DNA of 64,000 bases from Spirochaetaceae bacterium (lineage in GTDB: Bacteria; Spirochaetota; Spirochaetia; DSM-2461). The position numbers and the translations under genes are program-made. The notes under the pieces were generated by a model. The model had not been told where the DNA came from, did no database searches, and saw only the letters and a program-made list of their open reading frames with translations. Numbering within the stretch: position 1 is the stretch's first letter; the number at the start of each line of letters is the position of its first letter. The DNA lies in NCBI GenBank assembly GCA_051531975.1, contig JAOPTT010000006.1, forward strand, positions 526,977 through 590,976, in the 5' to 3' direction. Of this stretch, positions 30,475 to 41,349 are shown one piece after another.

Positions 30475-31717
30475 ATACATTTTACCAATATTTGCTCTGA
30501 GTATTGTTATAGCAATTCACGAACTTGGACACTTACTAACCGCGAAACTTTTTGGTGTTCATGTGGAAGTTTTTTCAATTGGAATTGGAAAAAAACTTAT
30601 TACTTACACAAAAAACAAAACTCAATATGCCCTATCTTTAATACCTTTAGGTGGTTATTGTAAACTAAAAGGTGGTGATATCCAGAACCCAATCGAAGAT
30701 AATGATTCAATGGATAAAACCCATCCACTAAAAAAAATCCTTATCTATTTTGCGGGACCTTTTTTTAACTTTTTACTAACTTTTATAATACTATCAACTG
30801 TATATTTATTACCTGTTCATCATATTTTACCTCCAACAGTTCTGCCTGTAACAGAAAAGAATTTACCAGCAGCTGAGGCAGGAATCATCAATGGTGATAA
30901 AATATTATCTATCAATAATATTCCAATTAATTCCTTTGATGATATTGCTAAAAATTTAAGTTCAAATAAGTTAGATGTTATAGTTGAACGAGGACAAAAT
31001 ATCATAAACCTTACAGTTTATCCTCAAACAATTGAAGGTAAATCCTTTATAGGTGTTTACCCATATATACCATTAACAATAATAGATACAAATAAAAATT
31101 CTATACTAAAACCAAATGATAAAATAATAGCTCTTAATGAAGAAAATGTTGATAATTATTTTTCTCTAATTAATAGATCTAAAGAGTTAGAAAAATTCGA
31201 TTTAACTATAATTAGGGATAGTTTAATATTAAAAGAAACATTATCTATAAAAGATTTACAAAATATTACTTTTATTAAGAAGTACTCCTATACTCCATTT
31301 AAAGCTATTTATCTTGGATTTACTAATACTTTAGATATGTTAAAAAGGATAGCTACACTTCTTTTTGATTTATCTAAATCTGGCCAGGTAACTAAAAACA
31401 TATCTTCACCTTTAAGATTAGTTTATGATATTGGTAATAGTATTGACAGCATTTATTCTATTAGCAATTTATTGGTAAGTATACAGACCTTTTTAACTAT
31501 TATTGCATCAATTAGTTTAAGTTTAGGTTTTATTAACTTGTTGCCAATACCCATTTTAGATGGAGGTCAAATATTACTAAATATTATATCTTTATTTAAA
31601 GGAAAACCAATTAATAAAAAAATTGTATATGGATATCAAACAGCTGGTTTAATTATTGTATTATTACTTTTTACATTTGGACTAACTAATGATATTTTTT
31701 ATTTTGGAGACTTATAA
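30464..31717 (+). CDS. rseP: RIP metalloprotease RseP (site-2 protease with PDZ domain)
   Basis: HELGH, FSIGIG, AGPFFN and NLLPIPILDGG. Confidence 0.95.
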   Translation: MIIRYILPIFALSIVIAIHELGHLLTAKLFGVHVEVFSIGIGKKLITYTKNKTQYALSLIPLGGYCKLKGGDIQNPIEDNDSMDKTHPLKKILIYFAGPFFNFLLTFIILSTVYLLPVHHILPPTVLPVTEKNLPAAEAGIINGDKILSINNIPINSFDDIAKNLSSNKLDVIVERGQNIINLTVYPQTIEGKSFIGVYPYIPLTIIDTNKNSILKPNDKIIALNEENVDNYFSLINRSKELEKFDLTIIRDSLILKETLSIKDLQNITFIKKYSYTPFKAIYLGFTNTLDMLKRIATLLFDLSKSGQVTKNISSPLRLVYDIGNSIDSIYSISNLLVSIQTFLTIIASISLSLGFINLLPIPILDGGQILLNIISLFKGKPINKKIVYGYQTAGLIIVLLLFTFGLTNDIFYFGDL

Positions 31718-33672
31718 TGAATAAAAAAATTATTTTAGTATTGCTTTTTTTACCAACTCTCTTATTTGCAAAAAAGGTTATAAATTCTGGTCATCAAACA
31801 CCTGTAAAATTTATTAAATATTATGAGTTAGAAGATAGTTTTTTTTCCTTGAGCGAGGATGGAACTTTAGTAATTAAAAAGAGCACTGATAAAAAAATAT
31901 CCAGAAGATTTTTTTTGACTAACAGTAATATTACACAGTTTGTTTTATCAAATAAAAATAATCAACTAGCTATTGTTGAGTCAGATAATTCTACTACTTT
32001 CAGATTAACTGTTTGGGATTGGAAAAAAGAAAAAAAACTATATTCAATCAATTTAACTGAGTTTCCTATGTCAATAGGATTTACTGGAGGTGGCAACTAC
32101 ATATTTGTAACTTCAATTTCTTCAAAACCAATAAAAATATACAATGCAAGATCAGGAGCACCTACAACCAATTTAAACAAGACAAATACATTCATTGATT
32201 ATGTATATGTTGGATCTTCAGAAACATATGCTTTTTTATATTCATCCTCTGGAAAACTAGACATCAGATCTTTTCGTGATTCTAAACTAAATAGATCTGT
32301 AGTAACTGAAAAAAACTTAACGAATATTTCAGTTACACCAGATAAGAAATATTTTGTTGCACAAAAAAACAATACTATTTACATAATCGTGAGAAATACT
32401 GGAATAGTCTACGCAAAAAAAGAAATATCAGATTTGAGTTATTTTACCCAAAATAGTTTTACCGGTGATTTAATCTGCTATATTAATAACCGATATAAAA
32501 AATCAATTAGTATCCTACAAATTGTCGCTGGAGATTTTTTTGAATCATCATCTACTGATATATTAGTCAAAAACCCCATAGATAAAATGTGCTTTGCTAA
32601 TAACTCTATAATATATACTGATATAAAAGGTAATTTAATAAAATACGATCTATGGAGTAAAGAATCTTCAATATTCCTCAACAATGATATTATTGATATT
32701 CAGGATATAACAATTATAAACGACACTGCACTATTATCTACAAACGATAAGATTTATAGTTTCAAATCCCCATTTTTTAGTGATAAAATTAAAAATACTC
32801 GAAGATTATTAAACTTTACTATAGAACAATTTGATTCACCAATCAAAAATCCAGTTGGCAGTATTAATTATAATAAAAGTCTTATAATCTGGAATGATTC
32901 AATAGCTCGCCTAGATTTAGAAACCGGTGAGACTATTTTTAACCACATGCTTACATCAGAAATAGTTGATGTAAAAATTTTAGAAAACCAAATGATATGT
33001 TTAGATAAAAATGGATACATTAAGATTATAAATTTAATTACTAACGATGTTACTTTTACTTTTAAATCACCAGGTTTTACTTCCATTTCATTTTATGATA
33101 ATAATGAAATAATTGGGGGGATTAATAGCTCATTAGGTGGATCACTAATGACTGTTGATACAATAACAAAAGAAACCCAACCAATAAAAACTTCATTAGA
33201 TGTAGTATTTGAAATTGTGCAAAGTAAAAAGTCATATATCGTTTATTTATTAGGAACAAAAAAATTAAATGGTAATAATATTACAAGGTTTATCGAATAT
33301 AACCTTTTAACCAAACAAGAACGAATTCTGTTAAAGCAAGATACTGAAGAGTTATATTCAAGTTTTGAAATAGATAATAACGGAAATATATATACAAACT
33401 TAAGTAGTAAATCCTTAATAAAGATAAATTCACAAACTAGAAAAATAAAACCATTTGAAACGACAACTAATCAAACTAAAAATATTCTATTTGAGAATGG
33501 TGGTATTTTTACTATCAATGAGAATAAGTCTCTTTCTATATGGAATCCTTCTACAGGTAAGAAACTAATAGATTTCTATTTGTTCAAAGACGACGAATGG
33601 GTTGCAATATCTAAAGATGGTATTTCAGCTATAGGTTCAAATAATTCTGATAAATATATCAGTTCAAACTAA
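31717..33672 (+). CDS. Exported beta-propeller (WD40-like) hypothetical protein
   Basis: Signal peptide; GHQTPV, SLSEDGTL, LTVWDW and LSIWN WD-like repeats. Confidence 0.65.
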   Translation: MNKKIILVLLFLPTLLFAKKVINSGHQTPVKFIKYYELEDSFFSLSEDGTLVIKKSTDKKISRRFFLTNSNITQFVLSNKNNQLAIVESDNSTTFRLTVWDWKKEKKLYSINLTEFPMSIGFTGGGNYIFVTSISSKPIKIYNARSGAPTTNLNKTNTFIDYVYVGSSETYAFLYSSSGKLDIRSFRDSKLNRSVVTEKNLTNISVTPDKKYFVAQKNNTIYIIVRNTGIVYAKKEISDLSYFTQNSFTGDLICYINNRYKKSISILQIVAGDFFESSSTDILVKNPIDKMCFANNSIIYTDIKGNLIKYDLWSKESSIFLNNDIIDIQDITIINDTALLSTNDKIYSFKSPFFSDKIKNTRRLLNFTIEQFDSPIKNPVGSINYNKSLIIWNDSIARLDLETGETIFNHMLTSEIVDVKILENQMICLDKNGYIKIINLITNDVTFTFKSPGFTSISFYDNNEIIGGINSSLGGSLMTVDTITKETQPIKTSLDVVFEIVQSKKSYIVYLLGTKKLNGNNITRFIEYNLLTKQERILLKQDTEELYSSFEIDNNGNIYTNLSSKSLIKINSQTRKIKPFETTTNQTKNILFENGGIFTINENKSLSIWNPSTGKKLIDFYLFKDDEWVAISKDGISAIGSNNSDKYISSN

Positions 33673-34900
33673 TTATTTTTCTGTATAAACTCTTTATTAA
33701 ATATATTGGAAACATTTCAGTTCCCCCTCTCTTTTGTGGAGGGGTTAAATTTAATCTTATTTTAGTACTATCTTTAAAATAACCTTCAAAACTTTCAAAA
33801 CTTTTTAGTTTACCACTAGAATCATTTTTAACTTCAATTCCGGAAACTTTATTTTCCCGAACTAATAAAAACTCAATTTTAGACATATTATGAATCCATG
33901 AATAAATCTCTATATTTCCTGAGGAAAAAAGTTCTGTTGCAACATAATTATTACATATACCACTTAATATTGAATTGGATAATAGACCATCTGATAAATA
34001 TAAAACTTCTGGTATATCTGAAATTGCTCCTAAAAGTCCTACATCAGCGAAATAAGTAATAATTGAGTTTTCATTAAATTTAAAATCTTTCTGCTTTATA
34101 ATTGGTGAAATATAAATTAAATTTAAATTTTCTAAGCTTGTAAAATATTTTTTAAAAGATTTAAATCGTGTTGATTCTGAAATATCGGATAGCTTAAATT
34201 TACGATTATCTCTTACAAGATTAGTATATATTAATTGGATAACTTTTATTAGATTTTTATAATCAGTTGTTTTATAATAATTTGATAAATTTGAATAAAT
34301 ATTTTTAAGTAAATATTTTTGTTCTTGCCTAACTTCATCAAATTTAAGACCTTTTTCTATATATAACTCTATAACACTAGGCATACCACCTACTATTAAA
34401 TAATGACTGAAATAAAACATAATTTTATTATTAAAGTTAATATCAATATCATTTACATTATTTAGAGTAGCAAATATTTTATATAATTCAATATTTACAT
34501 TATAGAGGAACTCCTCAAAACTTAATGGAAAAAGTACCAAATATTTAACAGCTAAAGGTTTTGTATCCCCTCGACCTTCTTTAATAAATGAATCAATTAT
34601 TATGAAATACAATTCAGGGAATTTTATTGATAGCTGATTAATATCAGATAGCTTATCTCTACTACCATTTAAATTATCTATAATAACTAAACTTAATGAG
34701 GGTAAATTTATAATCTCTTTTGTTATAAATTCAATATCTGAAGTTGATGAATCTATATACAAATTGAAGTTAAACTCACTATCTCCAAATTCTTTAATTA
34801 ATGTAGTTTTACCTACCCCTGTTATACCACCCAATATCAAAAACCGACTATTACCACTATTCTTCCATTGTAATAACTGGTTATATGCAAATCTATTCAT
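33659..34900 (-). CDS. AAA_14 ATPase with DUF4143-type C-terminal domain (degenerate motifs)
   Basis: GITGVGKTT Walker A; LFPLSFEEFL, YLIVGGMPSVI, YFADVGLL and KIEFL...GIEVK. Confidence 0.8.
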   Translation of the reverse strand: MNRFAYNQLLQWKNSGNSRFLILGGITGVGKTTLIKEFGDSEFNFNLYIDSSTSDIEFITKEIINLPSLSLVIIDNLNGSRDKLSDINQLSIKFPELYFIIIDSFIKEGRGDTKPLAVKYLVLFPLSFEEFLYNVNIELYKIFATLNNVNDIDINFNNKIMFYFSHYLIVGGMPSVIELYIEKGLKFDEVRQEQKYLLKNIYSNLSNYYKTTDYKNLIKVIQLIYTNLVRDNRKFKLSDISESTRFKSFKKYFTSLENLNLIYISPIIKQKDFKFNENSIITYFADVGLLGAISDIPEVLYLSDGLLSNSILSGICNNYVATELFSSGNIEIYSWIHNMSKIEFLLVRENKVSGIEVKNDSSGKLKSFESFEGYFKDSTKIRLNLTPPQKRGGTEMFPIYLIKSLYRKIISLN

Positions 34901-34917
34901 GATTTAGTTTATAACGG

Positions 34918-34976
34918 TTTTTAATAGGAAACAACCACCTATTAAAAAGAAGTACTACATTGACCTAACCTATTAA
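34918..34976. promoter_or_regulatory. Inverted repeat plus a third half-site in the divergent AAA/pfp promoter region
   Basis: TTTTTAATAGG-N9-CCTATTAAAAA at 34918-34948, and CCTATTAA again at 34969-34976 between TTGACC (34960) and TATATT (34984). Confidence 0.5.
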
Positions 34977-35046
34977 GAAATATTATATTTAATAAACATA
35001 TTTTTAGGAAATCAATTGCTTGATAGCAAAAATAATAGGAGATAAA

Positions 35047-36705
35047 ATGACCAATCTTTCCCCATTACAAAAGCTTAGATATGAGTATCAACCTAAGCTT
35101 CCGACAGTATTAAAAGGTGATGTTAATAACATTGCAGTAGAATTAGGAGCTCCAACAGAGTCAATCGCAGATCAAGCTGAAGTAAAAGACCTTTTCAAGA
35201 AAACATATGGTCTTCCAGTTGCAAAATTCGTTGAAGGATCAAATCCAAATGCCGGGAAAAAAATTAATGTAGGTGTTATATTATCTGGTGGACAGGCTCC
35301 AGGTGGACATAATGTAATTGCCGGAATCTACGATGGTGTAAAAAACGGAAATAAAGAGTCTAAAGTTTACGGTTTTCAGGGTGGACCTGCTGGAATTATG
35401 AAAGGTAATCTTGTAGAGATTACTCCAGCATTTATGGATGAGTATAGAAACACAGGTGGTTTCGATATGATCGGTTCTGGTCGAGACAAACTAGAATCAA
35501 GAGAGCATTTTGATATGGCAGAAGCAACATGTAATAAATATGATATTAGTTCTGTAATTATTATTGGTGGTGATGACTCTAATACAAATGGAGCTGTTTT
35601 AGCAGAGCATTTTGCAGCTACTAATGCTGGTATTACTGTTGTTGGTTGCCCAAAAACTATTGATGGTGACTTAAAAAATGAGCATATTGAAACTTCTTTT
35701 GGTTTTGATACAGCTTGTAAAACATATTCTGAGTTAATTGGTAACATTCAAAGAGATGCTAACTCTGCAAAGAAATATTGGCATTTTATAAAATTAATGG
35801 GTCGAAGTGCATCACATATCGGTTTAGAGTGTGCTTTAGAAACTCAACCAAATATCTGTATTATTTCAGAAGAAGTTGAAGCACAAAACAAAACATTAAA
35901 CCAAGTTGTTGACGATCTAATTAAAACTATAGTTACTAGATCTAATAATGGAGAAAACTTTGGTGTTGCTTTAATACCAGAGGGTTTAATTGAGTTTATT
36001 CCAGAAATGAAAGTACTTATTTCTGAACTTAATAACTTATTAGCTATTGAAGCTGATATTTATGCTAAAGTTGAAGGATTTGATAACCAAGTTAAATGGA
36101 TATTAGAAAAATTAACAAAGGCTGCTGCAGATGTATTTGCAACTCTTCCAAAAGGAATCCAAGGACAATTATTAATGGATAGAGATCCACATGGTAATGT
36201 TCAAGTATCTAGAATTGAAACTGAAAAATTATTAATTGAAATGATAAATACAAAATTATCAGCTATGAAAAAAGATGGTAAGTTTAGTGGCTCATTTAGT
36301 GGTTTAAACCACTTCTTTGGTTACGAAGGTAGATGTGCATTCCCATCAAACTTCGATGCTGATTACTGTTATTCTTTAGGATACACTGCATTTTTATTAA
36401 TGAATCAAGGTTTAACTGGTTATATTTCTAATGTTAAAAACCTTGAGAAACCTTCTACAGAATGGGTTGCAGGTGGAGTACCATTAACAATGATGATGAA
36501 CATGGAACAAAGACATGGTCATATGAAGCCAGTTATCAAAAAAGCATTAGTTGAGTTAGATGGTGGTCCATTTAAAGCATTTAAAGCTGCTAGAGATGAG
36601 TGGGCAGTTAAGACTATGTACAAATTCCCAGGTGCTATACAATATTATGGCCCTACAGAAGTATGTGATCTTACTACAGAAACACTAAAATACGAAAAAG
36701 CATAA
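35047..36705 (+). CDS. pfp: Pyrophosphate-dependent phosphofructokinase (diphosphate--fructose-6-phosphate 1-phosphotransferase)
   Basis: [19 protein letters not shown] (PPi-type Asp), PKTIDGDL and MGRSASH. Start at ATG 35047 after AGGAG. Confidence 0.96.
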   Translation: MTNLSPLQKLRYEYQPKLPTVLKGDVNNIAVELGAPTESIADQAEVKDLFKKTYGLPVAKFVEGSNPNAGKKINVGVILSGGQAPGGHNVIAGIYDGVKNGNKESKVYGFQGGPAGIMKGNLVEITPAFMDEYRNTGGFDMIGSGRDKLESREHFDMAEATCNKYDISSVIIIGGDDSNTNGAVLAEHFAATNAGITVVGCPKTIDGDLKNEHIETSFGFDTACKTYSELIGNIQRDANSAKKYWHFIKLMGRSASHIGLECALETQPNICIISEEVEAQNKTLNQVVDDLIKTIVTRSNNGENFGVALIPEGLIEFIPEMKVLISELNNLLAIEADIYAKVEGFDNQVKWILEKLTKAAADVFATLPKGIQGQLLMDRDPHGNVQVSRIETEKLLIEMINTKLSAMKKDGKFSGSFSGLNHFFGYEGRCAFPSNFDADYCYSLGYTAFLLMNQGLTGYISNVKNLEKPSTEWVAGGVPLTMMMNMEQRHGHMKPVIKKALVELDGGPFKAFKAARDEWAVKTMYKFPGAIQYYGPTEVCDLTTETLKYEKA

Positions 36706-36710
36706 AAATG

Positions 36711-36738
36711 AAGGCTGCATTTTTATGCAGCCTTTTTT
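36711..36738. terminator. Terminator between convergent pfp and comFB genes (possibly bidirectional)
   Basis: AAGGCTGCAT-TTTT-ATGCAGCCTT followed by a T run, with an A-rich left flank. Confidence 0.85.
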
Positions 36739-37036
36739 ATCTAATATCATGAGATGCGTTTGATGATACAAAACTAACAGCCTCATTAATCTTCTCATCG
36801 ATATCATCTTGTCTATTATCTGCATTAGCTCTAGAATATAACCCACCATATAATGAAGCACTATAATTAGGTTTTAATCTATTTAAAGCAAAACAAACAA
36901 TATCAATAATACACTCTTCACATTGGCATATTTTTTCTTCTTTATTACTTAAATTAATCTCTAATGTTTCAATCACTCTATCTTTAATTGTATTTTCAAT
37001 AATACTAAAATCATAATCTTCTTTAAACGACATCAT
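36737..37036 (-). CDS. ComFB-family protein (stand-alone)
   Basis: N...V...ICQCEECIIDIVCFALNRLKPNY...AVSFVSSNASH pattern; AGGAG SD. Confidence 0.85.
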   Translation of the reverse strand: MMSFKEDYDFSIIENTIKDRVIETLEINLSNKEEKICQCEECIIDIVCFALNRLKPNYSASLYGGLYSRANADNRQDDIDEKINEAVSFVSSNASHDIR

Positions 37037-37161
37037 TTACTCCTATCATCACTATTATAATACATGTTTTGATCTATTATAAATAAAAAATCAGTAATTT
37101 GCATTATTTGTTTTTTTTAAAACTATTTATATTTCTAAAATTAAGATATAAAATGTTAATT

Positions 37162-39336
37162 ATGGTAAAAAATTTATATATAATATTTATGTTAATATTG
37201 ATCCCAATATTTTTAATTTTGACTCCTCCCCTCAAAAAAAATATTACACCTTATCAATCTACTAATAGTCATTTGTTATTACCTCAAAGAAATATAGTTA
37301 TTGTCACTTTGAGTTTAAAAGAAAACAACTTAATCTTAGATGATATTAGTACAATAAACAAATTGCATGAACTAGCTGATGTATTTAATAATATAAGAGG
37401 AATGAATAGGGTTTCTTCAATATTAAATGCTACATTTATTTCATCACATGATGACGAAATTGAAGTGAAACAGTTTATTCCGAAAAATATAAAACAGATT
37501 CGATTAACAGATCAAATAAAGGATATCTCTATTTACCCTGAGCTATCCCCATTTGTTAGTAAAAATAGGGATTCGCTACTTTTTTATCTACCTTTTGGTT
37601 ATTCTGTCTTACCTACAGATATACTTAAATCAATTGAGAACGTTCAATCTAGCTCTGATCTAAAATTTTCTTTTACAGGTAAATCACCGATAATTGCAAT
37701 TACTGAAAAATTACTCTCTAAAGATATTACAATATTTCTTCCACTACTCTTTCTTTTTGTTTTGATAATTTTTTTGGCATTTAGGTCCGTAAAAGCAATT
37801 CTCTCAGCTTGGTTAATAATATTACTTTCAGTTTCGGTCTCATATTGTTTTTTAAAATTTTTAAATATTGAAATTACACCTTTAATATTATTAGTACCAG
37901 TATTTGCATTAGGTTTGTTAAGTGATTATATAATCCATTATATTTACCATCTGTTTTATGCTCCAGGATTACAGAATTCGTTTCAAGTTAGAAAAGCTTT
38001 ATTATATCCATTAAGTTTAACTGCGTTATCAACAATTACAGGTTTTATATCATTAATATATATAAATGCATCTGGCCATATACTTTTAGGTACAATAATT
38101 GCACTCTCTGTAATTTTAACATTTATAGGTGTAGTATTATGGTTACCATATTTGAATTTTAAGGCGCCTGACAAAAATATTTTACCCAAATTTTCTTATC
38201 TTCAAAATATTTTGTTTAATAAACTATACGCTAAAAAAAATTATCTGTTTATAATACTAATATTAGGTGTAATTTGGGGAATAGTTCAACTTCCAAACCT
38301 AAAAATTGAACCATACCCTATAGAACAACTTCCCCAAAACTCTACAATTAGAGAAGCTGAGAATCTAATAAACAGAGATTTTTATGGTGCTCTGCCATTT
38401 TTTATTGAGATAGATACAGGAGAAGCTAATAGTTTTTTGAATAAAGATACTTTATTAATTTTAGATGAAATTCATAACTCTTTGGATAAGAACAAAAGTA
38501 TTGGTAATAGTAATTCTTTATTAACAGTATTAAAAAGAATAAATTATTATTTCTTAGGAGATGAAGAACCTTTACTGCAAAGTACAACCTACGATGAAAT
38601 ATATCCAGCTTTAATTGAAGGGTATTTACTTTATTATACTTCTGGTGTTGATCCTTTAGAGTACGAATCATTTGTTGACCAATCCTACCGATATTTCTCA
38701 ATTAAAGGGTATGTCAAATATTTAAATGTATCGAATTTAGATAGTTTTAATAAAACTATAGATCAAATTAAAACAACATTACCTCAAAATTGGAAATTGA
38801 GTGTGCATGGAGTTTTAGAAGAACTTGAATCTGAAAAGATTGGATTAACAAAAAATTGGATATTCTCTTTTGCATTTGGAAGTTTTTTAATTTTTATGAC
38901 AGTTTTTATATTTTATAAAAAATTAAAACTTGCATTATTATCATTATTACCAGGTTTCATTAGTATGATCTTATCATTTGGTATAATTAGTATTATGGAT
39001 ATTGCTATTGATTCATTTTCTATTATTTTTGTGGCAATAATTACTGGATTAGTTATAGATTATAGTATACATACATTATCAGCATTAGATAAAGTTAGTG
39101 AGATAAGATCTATAAAAGAGGGTTTTAATTACATTAATAGCTATAGTGGTATCCCTATCTTTTTAAGTTTTTTAACATCCTTAGCATCTTTTTCAGTACT
39201 TTTTTTATCTTCTTTTAAAGGAGCTAGAAGTTTAGGTATTTTACTTTTTGCATCTTTAATAATTTCATATATACTTAGTTTATATCTATTGCCAATAATT
39301 GTTTTACCAACAAAATTAAATAATAAGGAACAATAA
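37162..39336 (+). CDS. MMPL/RND-family transporter
   Basis: Two repeats of a periplasmic domain plus TM bundle, with GLLSDYIIHY and GLVIDYSIH motifs and LTALSTITGFISL. Start uncertain (37153 or 37162). Confidence 0.88.
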   Translation: MVKNLYIIFMLILIPIFLILTPPLKKNITPYQSTNSHLLLPQRNIVIVTLSLKENNLILDDISTINKLHELADVFNNIRGMNRVSSILNATFISSHDDEIEVKQFIPKNIKQIRLTDQIKDISIYPELSPFVSKNRDSLLFYLPFGYSVLPTDILKSIENVQSSSDLKFSFTGKSPIIAITEKLLSKDITIFLPLLFLFVLIIFLAFRSVKAILSAWLIILLSVSVSYCFLKFLNIEITPLILLVPVFALGLLSDYIIHYIYHLFYAPGLQNSFQVRKALLYPLSLTALSTITGFISLIYINASGHILLGTIIALSVILTFIGVVLWLPYLNFKAPDKNILPKFSYLQNILFNKLYAKKNYLFIILILGVIWGIVQLPNLKIEPYPIEQLPQNSTIREAENLINRDFYGALPFFIEIDTGEANSFLNKDTLLILDEIHNSLDKNKSIGNSNSLLTVLKRINYYFLGDEEPLLQSTTYDEIYPALIEGYLLYYTSGVDPLEYESFVDQSYRYFSIKGYVKYLNVSNLDSFNKTIDQIKTTLPQNWKLSVHGVLEELESEKIGLTKNWIFSFAFGSFLIFMTVFIFYKKLKLALLSLLPGFISMILSFGIISIMDIAIDSFSIIFVAIITGLVIDYSIHTLSALDKVSEIRSIKEGFNYINSYSGIPIFLSFLTSLASFSVLFLSSFKGARSLGILLFASLIISYILSLYLLPIIVLPTKLNNKEQ

Positions 39337-40103
39337 TGAAAAAAATATATTCCACAATATTATTACTATTAACTATGACACTGTTTGGAAATCAGGTTGA
39401 CAATATTATTTCCGAGTTTGCTGATGCTATAATGATTCCCAATCTATATGGAGTTTTTACAATTGAATTAATAAGTTCTAATGGAGAAAAAAGAGAGATA
39501 CAAGCTAAAGCATATCAGAAACAAGTATCAAATAATCAGATGAATAGGTTATTTGTATTTATGTCTCCACCTTCTGTTAGAGATACTGGTTTATTAATTC
39601 ATTCATTTTATGATAAGGGTGAAAATAAAATGTGGATGTATTTGCCAATTGTAAAAAAAATAAAGAGAATCTCACTATCAACTGCTGGAGGTGGTTATTT
39701 TATGGGTAGTGATTTTTCTTATACAGATTTAATAAGTAAAAGTTCAAATAAATATATACAGGAAATGGTTGGTGAAGCTGTAATCGAAGGCCGAGAATGT
39801 TATACTATTAAAGAGTATGGAAATACAAAAGAGCAAAAAGAAGCATTAGGTTATGAATATATAATTAATTATTATGGTAAAAAAGATTCTTTTTTATATG
39901 GAAGAGATTTTTATGAATTTTCTGGAGATCTTAAAAAAACTTACAGGGTAAAAGAAGTTAAGATTTTTGGTAAATATATATATCCAATTAAAATTGAGAT
40001 GGTAAACCAACAAACTTATCATAAGTCAATTATTACAGTCGATGAAATTAGTATAGATGAGTTATCTAATAAGTATTTTTCCACAAGATATTTAAAGAAA
40101 TAG
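39336..40103 (+). CDS. Outer-membrane lipoprotein-sorting (LolA-like) periplasmic protein
   Basis: Signal peptide; FMSPPSVRDTGLL, MWMYLPIVKKIKRIS, FMGSDFSYTDL and C-terminal FSTRYL. Confidence 0.85.
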   Translation: MKKIYSTILLLLTMTLFGNQVDNIISEFADAIMIPNLYGVFTIELISSNGEKREIQAKAYQKQVSNNQMNRLFVFMSPPSVRDTGLLIHSFYDKGENKMWMYLPIVKKIKRISLSTAGGGYFMGSDFSYTDLISKSSNKYIQEMVGEAVIEGRECYTIKEYGNTKEQKEALGYEYIINYYGKKDSFLYGRDFYEFSGDLKKTYRVKEVKIFGKYIYPIKIEMVNQQTYHKSIITVDEISIDELSNKYFSTRYLKK

Positions 40104-40110
40104 GATACAT

Positions 40111-41349
40111 ATGAAGAGAATATATTTAATTTTTATTATGCTATTTATCTCTTATAATCTTTATTCTCAAGAAATAAGAGTAACAACATTTTCAGATCTA
40201 TTTATTCAGATAGAACCAGAATCAGAATATGAATTGTTAAGGCAGAGAAACTACTTTAGACCTGAGTTTAATGTCGACCTACTTGATGACATTGCTTCCT
40301 TCAATATTTCGGGAGAATTTTATTATGATCACTTTGATGATCAGGTAACCCCAGATCCCTTTAATATTTTAAGAGAATTCTACTTTTCTTTCTATTTACC
40401 CTTATCGGATATCTTTATTGGACAAAAATACATAACAAAAGGTAAAGCAGATGTATTTAGTCCTTTAAACATCTTTAATGCGTCATACAAAGAACTTCTT
40501 AGCCTAGATGATCAATATCAAAGTAAACTGCCAGAAGTTGTCTTAGAGCTTAATTATTATTTAAACGATGATAGTTCTTTGGAATTTATTTACATACCAT
40601 TTCCAAGAACTGATTACCAAGGTACTGGGGAAATTGATATAACGTTAAATAATATTGATTATCTATTTAATAAAGAGTCTGACCCATATTTAATGGAGGA
40701 CTCACATTCATTTTTTTTAACATATAATTTATATGGATTCAATTTTGATACACAAATAACTTATGCGAACTATGTTGATGGGAACTACAATTTTTTAATT
40801 GACTCAGATACAAATAATATAACAAAAATATATAATCGTGTTCAAACTATTGGTGGATCAGTAAGTACAAGCCTTGGTCCTATAGCATTAACAGAGGAAT
40901 TAGCATTTAATTTAACAGAAAATTTTGGTGGAGATGATATCGGAATTAAAAACTCAGATATAACTCTAAATACTCAATTAATGCATCCATTGTTTGGTCG
41001 TACTTATGCACAAATAAATATTATTTACCAGTATATATTTGACTTCTCTGAAGATGGTGAATTAGAGGCTGCAATCAATGATGTACATCTACAACCTACA
41101 GATAATATACTGTTCTTTATTGCCCATTTACATGACAGCTTTTTTAGAGAAAAGCTATATATTGGTCTGAATTTAGGTTTTTTCTTCTCTGATGATATTT
41201 ATGTTGCACCAAGAATTAATTATTCAGTTTCTGATAATATCACTATCGAAAGTGGTATAAATATGTTTACAGGGTCATATGAAAATAAATTATTAGAAAA
41301 TAATCTAGGTGGAGATACTCTATTTCTTAGAATCAAGTATCAGTATTGA
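40111..41349 (+). CDS. Probable outer-membrane beta-barrel protein (DUF1302-like)
   Basis: Signal peptide; LREFY...IGQKYITKGKADVFSPLNIFN; aromatic C-terminal strand LFLRIKYQY; third gene of the MMPL/LolA-like cluster. Confidence 0.65.
   Translation: MKRIYLIFIMLFISYNLYSQEIRVTTFSDLFIQIEPESEYELLRQRNYFRPEFNVDLLDDIASFNISGEFYYDHFDDQVTPDPFNILREFYFSFYLPLSDIFIGQKYITKGKADVFSPLNIFNASYKELLSLDDQYQSKLPEVVLELNYYLNDDSSLEFIYIPFPRTDYQGTGEIDITLNNIDYLFNKESDPYLMEDSHSFFLTYNLYGFNFDTQITYANYVDGNYNFLIDSDTNNITKIYNRVQTIGGSVSTSLGPIALTEELAFNLTENFGGDDIGIKNSDITLNTQLMHPLFGRTYAQINIIYQYIFDFSEDGELEAAINDVHLQPTDNILFFIAHLHDSFFREKLYIGLNLGFFFSDDIYVAPRINYSVSDNITIESGINMFTGSYENKLLENNLGGDTLFLRIKYQY

Noticed and set aside
6499..37161. 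Longer upstream starts in the ORF track for deoB, the BMP lipoprotein, moxR, batD, pfp and MMPL
   Set aside because: Downstream ATGs fit better with SD position, signal peptides, promoter position or family N-termini.
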